Assembly (NCBI RefSeq): GCF_964355755.1 | Contig: NC_092676.1 | Location: forward strand, 8,533,888 to 8,597,887 | Length of the DNA stretch: 64,000 nucleotides | From: Antedon mediterranea | Taxonomy: Eukaryota; Animalia; Echinodermata | Direction: 5' to 3' | The notes under the pieces: generated by a model | The model's database searches: none | The model's input: only the letters and a program-made list of their open reading frames with translations | Told to the model about the DNA's origin: nothing | Program-made: the position numbers and the translations under genes | Shown: in pieces, positions 1-12,529 of the stretch | Position numbering within the stretch: the stretch's first letter is position 1 | Layout: each line of letters starts with the position of its first letter

Positions 1-420
1 TGTTCTGTCATCATGGGAAAAAAAACTTAACAGCAGATAGGATTTGAACCCATGATCCTTAGATAGGTAGCCGAGCTAAATGCATCAATTTTGTTTAAAT
101 GAAATCTGTTTTGATATTTTTTGTATAAAAAGAGCCATATTATGTTTTGTAACTTTAAAAGTTACTTTATTATTATTTTGTATAAATTCTTAATGTAACC
201 AAGTAATTTATATGGTTTTATGAAATGAAATACAGGAAATAAATAATTAAAAAACAAACCAAAAAACAAAAAAATAATAATGCATCAATTTTCCTTCAAT
301 ACAAAAATGGCTATATTATAATAGTATTTGTACATATGTATATTACTTTACATATTTCTCTTCTGTCTACTTTCACAGTCATTTAATTATTAATTATTAA
401 TTTGTCAAAATTTTATTTAA

Positions 421-764
421 AGATGTATTGTCCCCCTGAAAAAATAATTCTTAAAACATTTTTTTTTAAATATTTCATTTAAATGTAACATAATAGTTAT
501 CCACTTTGACCAAAAATTGGATCTAAAAAAATGTATTTACCTGAAAAAAAATGTAATTTAAAGAAAAAAATGGTCAAATTGGCTGCCAGCCAATGGATTT
601 TTGGTTGAATTTAACCATTTATTTTGTCATTTTATAAGTGAAAACATTATTTTTTTTCATTTTTTTTCTATGGAAGTGATTAACTAAATTAAAACTACAA
701 AATAAAATATTCAGTCTGATTTAATTAATCTTTATTTGGGGGGGGGGGGGGGGACAATACATTT
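421..764. mobile_element. Non-autonomous Kolobok-like DNA transposon (MITE family A)
   Basis: TIR AGATGTATTGTCCCC / GGGGACAATACATTT, flanked by TTAA on both sides (417-420, 765-768). Related copies at 10225, 28567, 29373, 30872, ~43047, 56198 and 63625. Confidence 0.75.
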
Positions 765-901
765 TTAATATATTATATTTATTGAAGGAAGAAATAAATG
801 TTTTGTTGAGATAGAAAATTGTAATTATTAAACTTTTAACAGAAGGCAAATGAAAACCCAAAGTTAGGAGATCTTGGCTGACATTTATGAATCTTTTTAC
901 T

Positions 902-1217
902 TAATAATAATAATAATACCACATTTATATAGCGCCCTTTTCATGAGTAATCATGTTCAAAGGCGCTTTACAAGCATTATTACCCCAGTATTTTTTTGGG
1001 ATCAAACACGTATGGAAACATACTCCCATAATGCAGCCGGTAAGCAGCGCAAAGTTGTGTCTAGATCTAACTGAGTACCCATTTATACACCTGGGTGGAG
1101 AGAGGCAACGTAAGTAAAGTATCTTGCCTACGGATACAAGCAATGCGGCGAGAGTTGGATTCGAACCTAGGTCTGATGATCGGTAGTCCAACGTCCAACA
1201 CATTGCGCCACACGCCC
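902..1217 (-). mobile_element. tRNA-derived CORE-type SINE with L2-like 3' tail
   Basis: Minus strand: A box GTGGCGCAATGTG, B box GGTTCGAATCC, CORE-like CCACCCAGGTGTATAAATGGGTAC, tail GTAAAGCGCCTTGA...GGGCGCTATATAAAT and (ATT)n. Second copy at 51781-52020. Confidence 0.85.
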
Positions 1218-2139
1218 TTAAGTCACTTAACAGTACTTAAGTGAATAAGTAAAAGTTTAAAGAAAAAACAATATGCAAAAATATGGCCAGATGATATTTG
1301 CCTTAATCTGATGTAATTTTGTATTTTATATTAATACTTATGTTTTTTTGAAAATTGTCTGAAGTCTAACTTTGTTATGTAAAAATCTCATGCTATAGTA
1401 AAGATTAGTTTCATGTATGTATATATACTGTCAACAACATATAAGGACCCTATTAAAAACATATATTAAACTTGGGTAAATACTAACAACATATGTTTGG
1501 AAGAGAAAGTTAAAATAGTGTAAAATGAAGCATTTTGTTTCGCTCTAGTGCTAAAACACATTGAGTCTAGCTGACACTCAAAATAGAAAATGCATTTTTG
1601 ATATGAGAATAATATTTACAGATATTATATACTTTGCATTATGATACTAATATAATAGAGTTTCTATTTGGAATATAGGATATACAAATAATTGTTTATA
1701 TTATTATCATTATTATTATTATTTGAATGTTAAAATACAAATTTACCTAAAAAATGTTAGTGTTTATCTTTTTATTATTGTTAGATAGGCAATGCATAAT
1801 CGTTTGTAGAAATAACTATCTTGGGCCTATCTATTGAAATCTATTTGTGATGTAGATTTTTTGATAGAATATATTGTAGTTGAAAAATACAATATATTTC
1901 TTAGCACGACAAATTAATTACATGTGGAAATTGTACACATTATTAGGCCTAGGTTAAATAGTTAAATCGTTTTTTTAGAGGAATACAGAGGAGTTGTACA
2001 ATGTTGTACTGTGGTTTGTGAAAGATCAAATGACTTAAGTCGGTCTGGGTGTTTTCCAAAAGTGTTAGTCCCCCTTTTTTTTTCTTATTCCTAAAGAAGT
2101 GATCCAAGACCAGCTGGATCCTCCTCTGGTCCAGCGATT

Positions 2140-2222
2140 GACCAGAAGACATAAGATTGACCAGAAGACATAAGATTGACCAGAAGACATAAGATTGACC
2201 AGAAGACATAAGTAAGATTGGA
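2140..2222. repeat. 19-bp tandem repeat (GACCAGAAGACATAAGATT) x ~4
   Basis: Directly visible tandem copies. Confidence 0.9.
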
Positions 2223-2601
2223 CTTAATCTTTCTTCATATACCGAAAAAACTTTAGCAACGATCCATTTTCTTATTATTGTTGTTACGTATTACTTCCCA
2301 TATACATATATACATTTTCTATATAATATAGTGTTACCTATAATATTAATAGTTCTAATGAAATTCCAGACAAAGTCATGCATGAACGAACATCATAAAT
2401 GTTCAAATGATTCTACTGAGTCTCTACAATACACATAAAAAGATGATGAGTTTATATATAATATCATCGACAAACTAGGTGTGTCTAGCTCTAACCATCA
2501 ATATGTATGAAATTTGCAATATGTTATAATCAACTATGCAACAAATATTTACATTAAACATTACTTTGATATACATTTTAAGCACATACAGTACTCTTAA
2601 T

Positions 2602-2752
2602 AAGCTCTGTCTACAATATTAAACTAGTTTGATGTGATGTGCCCTAATATGGTAGTGAAAAGCCCAAATATGGTAGTGATGACATCATCATGTCCATATA
2701 TGGGCACATCACATTTTGATGTCATAAAGTTTAATAGTGTAGACTGATCTTA
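2602..2752. mobile_element. Short Tourist/Harbinger-like MITE (family B)
   Basis: TIR AGCTCTGTCTACA.TAT.AAACT / GTTT.ATAGTGTAGAC.GA.CT with TAA/TTA flanks. Further copies at 40549-40647 and 42042-42211. Confidence 0.65.
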
Positions 2753-3671
2753 ATATCTGTGTCCCATAAATAGAGCTTGTCTGTAGTGTTAAAACATAAA
2801 TTTGTTTCCAGGAAGGTGTACCCATAGGGGTGTCCCCTGAAAAGGAATGCCAAGAGAGGTTGTACATTTCTGAGTGTCACGAAACCTAAGACCACGAAAG
2901 CTGTCTATGTGATACCAAAGGCAGTGACGTAACACTGAGGCCTCTAGTTTAGGGATGAAACAGTGGACATATTTTAGTGTATAACTTTCTCCAGTTCCTC
3001 CTACTCAGGGGCCTGCATAAGCTCCAGGGCCCTTGGGTTTAGCCAGTGAGCGCTCATAGTCGTTATACCACCTGATCAGAGTAGGATCAAGAATGCAAAA
3101 AAAAATCTGTTATATACATCAAACATGTTTAATTTGACTTTGTAGAACACATAAACACTATGAAGTGACTGAGTATTTTTAATCATAATTATGCATAAAT
3201 AAGATGAATATTTTGATTTAAATAAGGTATGTAATATGAATCAATATCTATAGGGTTGCTGTTAATCACAATTTATCGTGGGCGGATCTGGGATGTTGAG
3301 AAAGGAAGCCCAAAAAGGGATAAGACATTTGAAGGAGAAAGAGGATGTTGTTGCCTTTTCATGCTTGCCTCCCCTTCACACTCCCCAACAACTTTTCTGA
3401 ATTTATGTCAATTTAATTTTCCTTTTTGTTGTGTATACCAACCACCATACTTAATACTTAATTGTATATGCAATGCACATACATATTTGGTTCTAATTTC
3501 AATAAATAATGTGCAAAAGTACAATTTGTACATATATTAACATTTACATATGAATTAATTGAGTATGTATTTACATTATATGTGAAAGTGTATATTATAT
3601 AAACCGATGGTGATATACTGAAAATTAAAAATTAATTAATTAATAAACAGTGATGATGAGGACATGATTAT

Positions 3672-4022
3672 GAGTGGTGTAATGTAGAGGACTATGAGGC
3701 CCCTGGTTTAGGGACACTAAGAGTGGTGTAATGTAGAGGACTATGAGGCCCCTGGTTTAGGGAAACTAAGTGGCCCTCCCACACTGGATGAGTGGTGTAA
3801 TGTAGAGGACTATGAGGCCCCTGGTTTAGGGACACTAAGAGTGGTGTAATGTAGAGGACTATGAGGCCCCTGGTTTAGGGACACTAAGAGTGGTGTAATG
3901 TAGAGGACTATGAGGCCCCTGGTTTAAGGACACTAAGTGGCCCTCCCACACTGGAGTGGTGTAATGTAGAGGACTATGAGGCCCCTGGTTTAGGGACCCC
4001 AAGTGGCCCTCTCACACTGGAG
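3672..4022. repeat. Minisatellite, 6 units of 49-69 bp (GAGTGGTGTAATGTAGAGGACTATGAGGCCCCTGGTTTAGGGACACTAA)
   Basis: Units start at 3672, 3721, 3790, 3839, 3888 and 3954. The unit start resembles a CAGTGGCGTAAC-type TIR whose partner GCCGTTATGCCACTG lies at 4923-4937. Confidence 0.85.
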
Positions 4023-4135
4023 GACTCATAGTTTTTTTTTTAAATATGCAAATACGTTTTTAGAGAGGAAAGGATTGGAATTAGAGGAATTAAATAAAAA
4101 TGTGATTGGACAATGGGACATATTTTTACCCTTAA

Positions 4136-4767
4136 AGACACTTTCCCTACATTTTTTAGATCTATTTTAAGATCACAAACTATATTTAATCTAAAAATAA
4201 TACTATATGGTCCTATTGCGATACCTTTTTGTCTTTAAATGGTTAAAAATGTGAAAAATAAGTCAATTCTAATAATTATAGCGACCCGCTATAAATCCCA
4301 AAATGCATTGCGCGCGGATTGATAAGTTTTTGTTTTTCTTCTGTAATTCACCCACTTTTCGATCGATCGTGAGGCCAAAACAAATGGAAGACTCCTAACT
4401 TTTCAGCGAAAATACCGGGTTTTCCCCAATTTGTATCAATGGAGTCTGGCAAAAATAGAAAGAAAATTAATGCAGCAACTATACAACCTCAGGCTAGGTA
4501 TATAGCTAGCGTACGATGTTCGTACGTTACCAATGTTTACCAGCTAGGCCTACAAAACTAAGCCTAGCTAGGCTAGGCCTAAAGACCGTCCACGAGAGGT
4601 CAGTCGCCGTGAGCTACCTAGGTAAGTGCATTGTTTCTCACTTTTTATCATAATTTACCATAAAACGTACATTTAAGACAAGGAATGACCTGGTTTAATG
4701 TTTTTAAAGTACTGTAATATATATGTATTATTTTTACAAAACGTCACAAATTGTAGGGAAGGTGTCT
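4136..4767. mobile_element. Non-autonomous Kolobok-like DNA transposon (family C)
   Basis: TIR AGACACTTTCCCTACA / TGTAGGGAAGGTGTCT with TTAA TSD (4132-4135, 4768-4771). Confidence 0.8.
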
Positions 4768-4941
4768 TTAAGTTTTACCCTTAATTTAAGTGTTTTCCTT
4801 AGGTAAGTGAATCATTTGTGAATACCCCTTAAGGCAATTCTTAAATTTTAAGGGTAGGTATTGCCCTTGCCTAAGTGGGATTGATGAATACGGCCACAGG
4901 GTTTAGCCACTGATCACACATAGCCGTTATGCCACTGGATT

Positions 4942-6116
4942 ATATCAGATATAGAATCATACATGCATGATACTTGCAACAACTTGGATCTGAAAAAAGC
5001 CTTCGATACGGTGAACCATAGCATTCTAATAAATAAATTATATTCATACGGGATTCGGGGGTTACCATTGGCTTTTTAAAAAAATTACCTATATAACAGA
5101 AAACAATATGCGAGTATAAATGGTATCGATTCAAATGAACTTTCCATAAGTTGCGGTGTACCCCAAGGGTCAGTATTGGGGCCTACATTGTTCCTTATAT
5201 AAATTATGTCAATGACATTGCACATGTGACTGACTACTTTGATACTCGTTTATTTGCAGACGATACCAGTTTGTTCCATACTTTTAATCCACATGATGAT
5301 ATTGACATGCAGTATATAGATAGCAAATTTAAAAATATTGTGGACTGGTGTGATTTAAATAAATTAACCATTAATACAAAAAAGACAGAGTATATAATTT
5401 TCCGTGGTAAACACACGGCTATTAAAACTAACGGAGCAATACATGTTAAAGGAACAGAAATTGACGAAGTAGAATCAACCGTGTATATAGGGGTCACACT
5501 TGACAAAAAACTCACATGGAAAAATCAAATTAATAAGGTCAACAAAAGTGTTAGTTCCAAGGCAGGTGTGCTCTATAAACTGAGAAATTTTGTTTCTAAG
5601 TCAATTTTTTTTGTTTCCAGAATATTTTTCACATGCCCAGCATCGTCACTCAACGAGATTTCAAGCAGGGGAAATCTTGCCATTCCAAAATACAAAAGTA
5701 ATGTTGGTCAATTTTCTGTCCGATATTCTGGTGCTAATTCATGGAACGAGATACCAGAAAATATTAAACACGACTCTAAAATTATATTTAAACGGAAATT
5801 AAAGCAATTCTTACTTTAGTTATATAATTATTTATTTTATTTATCTTATTTATGAAAAAGTGTAGTAATATTTGAATTTTAAAATATATAAATGGGATTG
5901 TTTTAACTTATTAAGTTTTTATTTTTAGGCCTGTGTTAAAGAAATTATTGCCCATAGTTGTACAAATTTAGTTAAGTATAATTTATGTAAAAGGGGCTGG
6001 ACTTGATTAGTGTTTACACTATTTTCTAGCTCCTTCCTTATGTTTTAAAATTTAATATTATTTATCATTGTAAAACAAAATATTATTTGGAAAATAAAGT
6101 TGAAGTTGAAGTTGAA
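4942..6116 (+). mobile_element. 5'-truncated, frameshifted CR1/L2-group non-LTR retrotransposon (RT C-terminal part + 3' UTR)
   Basis: Translates LDLKKAFDTVNHSIL...GVPQGSVLGPTLFLI, then a frameshift to YVND...LFADDT. 3' stem-loop at ~5991-6034, AATAAA and (GTTGAA)3 tail. 9-bp TSD CACTGGATT at 4933-4941 and 6117-6125. Confidence 0.92.
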
Positions 6117-6300
6117 CACTGGATTGATTAGATTCATTCAGTTACAGAGAAATACATTAATTATTCTCAAATTCAAAAGAAGTATTTTCACACTTATATA
6201 ATTATTATGTTTAAACTACAGTATGGAGTATACAGTAGTTTTAACACAACTAGGTAGATACTCCCTATAAAGGTGATAATTTGAGGACCAAACAAAGTGA

Positions 6301-6912
6301 CCCTTTGAAAAGGGGTTGACCATTGATGTAAAACATATATTGCCCTTTGTTTGTTTAACAGGAAAGAGCCCCTTTGAAAAGGGGTTGACCATTGATGTAA
6401 AACATATATTGCCCTTTGTTTGTTTAACAGGAAAAAGCCCCTTTGAAAAGGGGTTGACCATTGATGTAAAACATATATTGCCCTTTGTTTGTTTAACAGG
6501 AAAGAGCCCCGTTGAAAAGCGGTTGACCATTGATGTAAAACATATATTTCCCTTTATTTGTTTAACAGGAAAGAGCCCCTTTGAAAAGGGGTTGACCATT
6601 GATGTAAAACATATATTGCCCTTTGTTTGTTTAACAGGAAAGAGCCCCTTTGAAAAGCGGTTGACCATTGATTTAAAACATGTTTGTTTAACTGGAAAGT
6701 GTCCCTTGAAAAGGGGTTGGCCATTGATGTAAAACATATATTGCCCTTTGTTTGTTTAACAGGAAAGAGCCCCTTTGAAAAGCGGTTGACCATTGATGTA
6801 AAACATATATTGTTGTTCGTTTGTTTAACAGGAAAGAGCCCCTTTGAAAAGCAGTTGACCATTGATTTAAAACATGTTTGTTTAACTGGAAAGTGTCCCT
6901 TGAAAAGGGGTT
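6301..6912. repeat. ~69-bp minisatellite (~9 units) inside a TACAGT-terminated MITE
   Basis: Unit CCCTTTGAAAAGGGGTTGACCATTGATGTAAAACATATATTGCCCTTTGTTTGTTTAACAGGAAAGAGC; reverse-complement related to the 83-bp array at 52.9-53.9 kb. Confidence 0.9.
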
Positions 6913-7004
6913 CGCCATATTTTTGGTTGTTGGACAGTGGCTTGGTCCTTGGAATCAGATTTTTGGCTGCTAAATAAAGTTTTGCGGAGTGCTGGCTTAG
7001 ATAA

Positions 7005-7352
7005 TATGGCCGAGCGGTTAAGGCAGGGGCGCCGTTTACCGTATCTAAAGAGCCAACAACAACATCGGCAAGGGTTCGAGGCCGACTCGCTCCTAGTTCT
7101 GGTGGTGGAACAAGTCTTCTCGGATAAGGACTATAAACAGTAGGTCCAGTGTACACAGTTATAACCTGTGTGTACTTTAAAGAACCCAGTTCATTATTCG
7201 AAAAAGAGTAGGGGGTTACCCCGGTGAACTGGTTCACACAATAGCCCCTGTATCAGGAGGATTACCACCTATCTGATAGGACAGTGATTAATTCACTATT
7301 GGTAATCCTTGGCCACATTGCCTAAAGACATAAAATAAAATAAAATAAAATA
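7005..7352 (+). mobile_element. tRNA-derived SINE with Deu/Nin central domain
   Basis: A box TGGCCGAGCGGTT, B box GGGTTCGAGGCC, Deu-like TCGGATAAGGACTATAAAC...TAAAGAACCC...GAAAAAGAGTAGGGGGTTACCCCGG, (TAAAA)n tail. Relatives at 34361-34641 (-), 58300-58400 and 59190-59520 (+). Confidence 0.8.
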
Positions 7353-7534
7353 ATACCTTGTTCTTAGCCTCTGCTTCCTTAATTAATGTTTTATGTCACT
7401 AAAGTCATGAATATTAATGAGTTATGCTTGCTTTTAAAACCAGATTATGAGGGTAGTTAAAGGTTGGAATTTACATTTTGAATGTAATATATCAAATTAT
7501 GTTTATTTAAAAAAACTATTTACTATTTTAATGT

Positions 7535-7925
7535 AAATCTATGTTCAGAAATCTGGGTTGGATAAAAAATTACTAAAATGGGTGTAGTGTTAAGAATTTC
7601 TTTATAATGGAGCTCAACTTTGGAATAATTTAACCTTGGTTATAAAATGTACCTCTTCTTGATTTAAACTTCATAAATGAAGTTTAAATGTTTACTTTTA
7701 CAATAATATTAATGTTAGCCCGTGTTTATTTATTTTATACAGTTGTTTCTTTCTTATTGAATTATTGTTGATAGATGAAAATGTATGCATTATGACTAAT
7801 TTATTTTTGTGACAGGAGTCAAACCTTGATTAGCGAAAGCTATTTTTTGGCTCCTTTTCACACACATACATATTGTATTGTATTGTATTGTACTATATTT
7901 ATGTATGATGATGTGAATAAAGTTG
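7535..7925 (+). mobile_element. Degenerate 3' end of a CR1/L2-group LINE
   Basis: F.YNGAQLWNNL-like remnant, and the same 3' stem-loop motif (GGAGTCAAACCTTGATTAG...CTATTTTTTGGCTCC) as the LINE at 5991-6034. Confidence 0.55.
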
Positions 7926-8553
7926 GTATATATATTAAACATATATTATGTTCAAAAAAAAAAAAAAAAAGAATAAAACCGTTCACATGACATCAATTTT
8001 CATATCTTCAGTTTATTATTTGGGATTCTGTACAAAACGTTCGATAGTGGACACAGCATCTGAAAAAACGTAACATAGCCCAAAGTTTTCTCCTGCCACC
8101 GATCTGAAATTTGGCTCAATGTGAACATACCTTAAGTCTGTTTTTAGTCATAGTATCAATTTTATTTTCAAATAGAATGGGGGACATATTAACACCCTCT
8201 CTGTAAACATCCACAAATTAATGACCATGTATTTTCAATTTCCATTTACAGTAAGTAACGAGAGGATAACATTTATGAATGAATAAATACTTCACTACAA
8301 CAACATACACATGGGTAGTAAAGAATTTACGGAGACGACAAGATGATGTAAATATTGTCCAGACTGTAATGTCATGAAGCAGGTGAACTATCAATTGATG
8401 GCAGCAGATGCCAGAAGGCCGACTCGCATACGCCACTCATTTTCAGGTTAGGATAAACACCGTCCTTCTAGCCAGATTCGGAGTGGACAATCCCCTTCCC
8501 ATTTTGAAACTTTAAAAATAGGATATTCCCAACAATACAGTTGCAATATAAAT

Positions 8554-10150
8554 CAGTGGTGGCGCCAGCGGGGGGGCTACGGGGGCTCTAGCCCCCTCGT
8601 CGGGGAGCCTAGCCCCCCCGTCGGGGAACACGGGTACTTTTTGTCGGGGAATATAATATACAGTAAAAAACGTTCGCGTTCACTTCATATAGCTTCAGCG
8701 CCTAGAAAACCACGACGTTCCATTAACCGTGAGAGTACGTCAGAGAGCTATTATGCACTTTTATGCATTCATTTATTGCCAGCGATCTAACTTACTACTA
8801 AACATTAGCTAGGTACGCACTTGTCTGGCGGTATCCCTTTGTACGAATCGTTCAACGTAGGGTCGAGACGCGTGATATCAAGTTCCATCCAGGGACCAAA
8901 ATGTGTAATGTAGTTATTTTCCAGGCGAAGTTTACCGACGGTTACCGAAGGGAACACGGGTACTTTTTGTCGGGGAATATAATATACAGTAAAAAGCGTT
9001 CGCGTTCACTCCGTAGCTAGATTCAGCGCCTAGAAAACCGCGACGTTTCATTGACCGTGAGAGTACGTCAGAGTGATATTATGCACTTTATATGCATTCA
9101 TTATTGCCAGCGATCTAACTTACTACTAAACAATAGCTAGGTTCGCACTTGTCTGGCGGTATCCCTTTGTACGAATCGTTCAACGTTGGGTCGAGACGCG
9201 TGATATCATGTTCCATCCAGGGACCAAAATGTGTACTGTAGTTATTTTCCAGGCGAAGTTTACTGACGGTTACGTCGTGTACTGCGTCAACGTACGCTAC
9301 ACTACAGCAAAAACGAATTACGTTAATTGTTCGTATGTTCACCAATTTTTTTAATTTACAAGTAGGCCTAACCTTCTGTACCGTGGGGCACCTAAAATAA
9401 ATTTTTCATCCATTACTAAACAAAAAAACATGCCATTTTCGCTTAGCCAACATCTTATTATAGCTAAGTTATTACATTTTCAATGTCCTGTATGTCATGA
9501 ATTTCTCACCACTCGGAAGTCCAGATGGTACGCACGCATACACTTGGGAGGAATAAACTTACTTCACCGACTGAAAAAGTTCTACGCTTGCGTTTTTTAA
9601 GCCTCTAGGCCTGATGTTTCCGAAGTATAAAATGCAATTTTTTGAAGACCTGCAGCTCTAGTTTTAAACAGTTTCTTAGCTCAGCCCCAACAATAAAGCT
9701 GGTCATATTTCGAAGTACAAGAAGTCCATTTTCCGGGACCTAACATCTCTATTTTTCAAACATTTCTTAGCTCAGTCACAACCTTGATAGGGACTTATAT
9801 ATTTTGTTTCATGTTTTGAAGTATAATAAGTCCAACTTCCGGGACCGCCAACTATATTTCTCTAAATTTTCTTTGAACTTTTATTTTTTAAATTGAAAAA
9901 TATGGATTGAAACAGTCATCGCGCATCGTTTTTTTGCACACAGTATTTTATTTATGCATTATAAAAAATGGAAAAAATGGCTACCCTAAATCTGATTAAA
10001 ATGACCTCAAATGACGCTAGAACGCGTTGCTTCCGGGGGCTTCGCCCCCTGGACCCCCACCGGGGGCCCTTGGCGGCCCCCTGCCTAGTGATAGCCCCCC
10101 TCGTCGGGGAATGTAGCCCCCGCGTCGGGAAGATCCTGGCGCCACCCCTG
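8554..10150. mobile_element. Non-autonomous hAT-type DNA transposon with internal ~325-bp duplication
   Basis: TIR CAGTGGTGGCGCCAG / CTGGCGCCACCCCTG, perfect 8-bp TSD ATATAAAT (8546-8553, 10151-10158), GC-rich subterminal GTCGGGGA repeats, duplicated block at 8624-8945 / 8950-9272. Confidence 0.9.
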
Positions 10151-10224
10151 ATATAAATCAATCACACTAAAATTAGATATTTCCATAAATACCAAATATT
10201 TCACTTAAGTCAATAAATATTTAA

Positions 10225-10387
10225 AGATTGTCCCCCAAAAACATGAAAAATGAAGATTAATTAAATTAGACTTTGAATAGTTTATTTTGTAGTTTTAATA
10301 AAGTTAATCAAATGAAAAAAAAATGTTAAAAACTATTATTTAACAAAAACAATTAAAAAAATAATTTTTTAGGGGGACAATACATCC
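10225..10387. mobile_element. Internally deleted Kolobok-like MITE (family A)
   Basis: TTAA-AGATTGTCCCC ... GGGGACAATACATCC-TTAA. Confidence 0.7.
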
Positions 10388-12440
10388 TTAAAGATTTGCC
10401 TTAAAGTGGTAATTACTTAGAAGTTTTTCTTTTAGCTTAAAGTGATGGTACGGATTTCGTTGTCACCCTGTCCTGTCTTTGCTTTATAACATTTATACCA
10501 CATTTTTGGGGCCCTCTACTGACTTCCAATATAAGTCATATATATAAGGGATAATAAAAAAAACCAACTTACAGTTAGCATGAGGTGTTCTTCTTTATTC
10601 CTTGCATATGAGATGGCACAGTAGTTATAAATAGCACAAAATAGTCAGATCCTAGTTTACAATGAGGCTAATATTTGATAGCGCAAGTAGATGAGTCCAA
10701 TGTTAGATTAACGTGTTGTGTGGCAGCTATGTTGATGTGCAAAATGGTTTATCCTTTACAATTCTCAAAACTATTTGTCAAACAATTGTAGTTGATATTC
10801 ATAAATTCCATATGTTTGTCTTTCTTGTTCTGTTCTCTGCAAATTATCTTATATTTCAAAATAAGATGCTCGGTAGGAAGTAAACAGAAGAAACAGAATC
10901 GTTGCAGGTCAAAAGGTCAAACAAAAACATGGTCAGGTAGGCCGAAAACGCAAAGCATTACAAACGAACAAAACTTATCCATAAGCTTTTAATTTTCGCA
11001 TTTGAATCAATTGCGTTTATTTAGTTCATATTAAATGTAGTCACTTTTTGAAAATCTTGTGTTTCTATGAGATTTATGTTTTGTTGTCGCGTTTCAATCG
11101 CGTGGTATTTGTACTTCAGAAAATGTAGTCGCTCCTCTTGAATTCCTGATTTCGTGATAGGACTGTCGATTATACAGTTCCGATTTTAAGTACATCGTTC
11201 TGTTAACTGTACTTTTGCCAGACAAATTCAATTAAACTATGAATTAATCAATGGGAGAAAATCAGGAACAAATATCGACACAAATAGTCCAAAATGATGA
11301 TAATCGATCTTTTAACGTATCACTAAAGATGTAATAATAAACGCTCATACACAAACTGTTTAATGAACAAGTTTAAACGTATACATGATGAATTTATAAT
11401 GAATCGAAGAAAGTATGCAGTAACATAGGTTGAAATGTAAAATGTCATTAATGGTGTTGAAGGTACAAACATATTGTAAAAGGTATAAAGTCTTGGCTTC
11501 TACAATACTGTTACTCAATGTCCTATTTTACACGATATATTTTTATCTAATTTTTACTTGACAAGTATCAATGGCATCTGATAATAATAATCCTTTAATA
11601 CGCGAAAGTGGTTCATGTTATGTCTTATACAATTCCATTTGACACCAAGAAGCTGAAGTTTGTAAGAATTAATGACCTCAAATCTACCCACTATTCATTT
11701 ACAAGTAAAATAAAAAAATTATATAAAAAAATACCTAATTTACACTTATTTTAAAAAGATATATTCCATATAACAATTAATTCCCTGATTTTATATATAT
11801 ATTAAAAAAAAATAATAATAACTTAAATAACAGAGCCTTTTCATTGGGTGGAAGTTTAGTTTTGACAAAAAAGATGTTAAGAATTAAGACACTTCATATT
11901 TTCAAAAAATCACTCAGTTTTACTGCCAAATTAAGTTATGTGTTTTAAATACTTGTTTATTATCGGTGTGACCAACTGGGTGCCATGATTAGCAAGAAAT
12001 TACCTTTTAGTGTATATTAAAAGAACAGGGTACTGGCTAATCTATATCATCAGGAAGGATTGAAAGATCAAGATTAATTATAAGGATTAAAATTTGTGAA
12101 AATCCAAACTGAAGTCTTCAAAAACATGGCAAATTGTTAATTTTGAGTACAGTTGAGCTGGTTAAAATTAACTGTAGTAATGTAGCTAGCAACGCCTTAG
12201 TGTTGGTGATTTGGCCATAAAATAGTTTGGTCAGAGAAAATATAACATATGAGATCTTCTTAATTGTAGATGATAGGTGAAGTCTACAATTCAAACTCAA
12301 AGTTCCTCTGATCATATTAAATTTTGATTTCAATTTTTAATTGTTTAAGCAAAAGTATTACTTTATAACAATATGACCTGTATGTCAGGCTAGCTAAGGC
12401 ATTTGTAGCTACATTAAAATACTGGTCCTACATGCAAAGC

Positions 12441-12529
12441 CAGGGGTGAATCTAGAATGTTGTTGAAAAGGGCTGAAGGTAGGTCTGGTTTAAGACCTCA
12501 CTTTCAGCCATCCTCTGGATCCACCCCTG
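12441..12529. mobile_element. 89-bp palindromic hAT-like MITE remnant
   Basis: TIR CAGGGGTGAATCTAGA / TCTGGATCCACCCCTG and internal stem GGCTGAAGGTAGGTCT / AGACCTCACTTTCAGCC; no clean TSD. Confidence 0.55.

Noticed and set aside
6216-7237. Overlapping 76-227 aa ORFs with repeated peptides
   Set aside because: Artefacts of a 69-bp (multiple of 3) minisatellite and the adjacent SINE
7355-10700. Scattered minus-strand splice-like signals (~7357-7400, 8017-8060, 10570) suggesting another gene
   Set aside because: Candidate exons contain in-frame stops or give no coherent, recognisable protein
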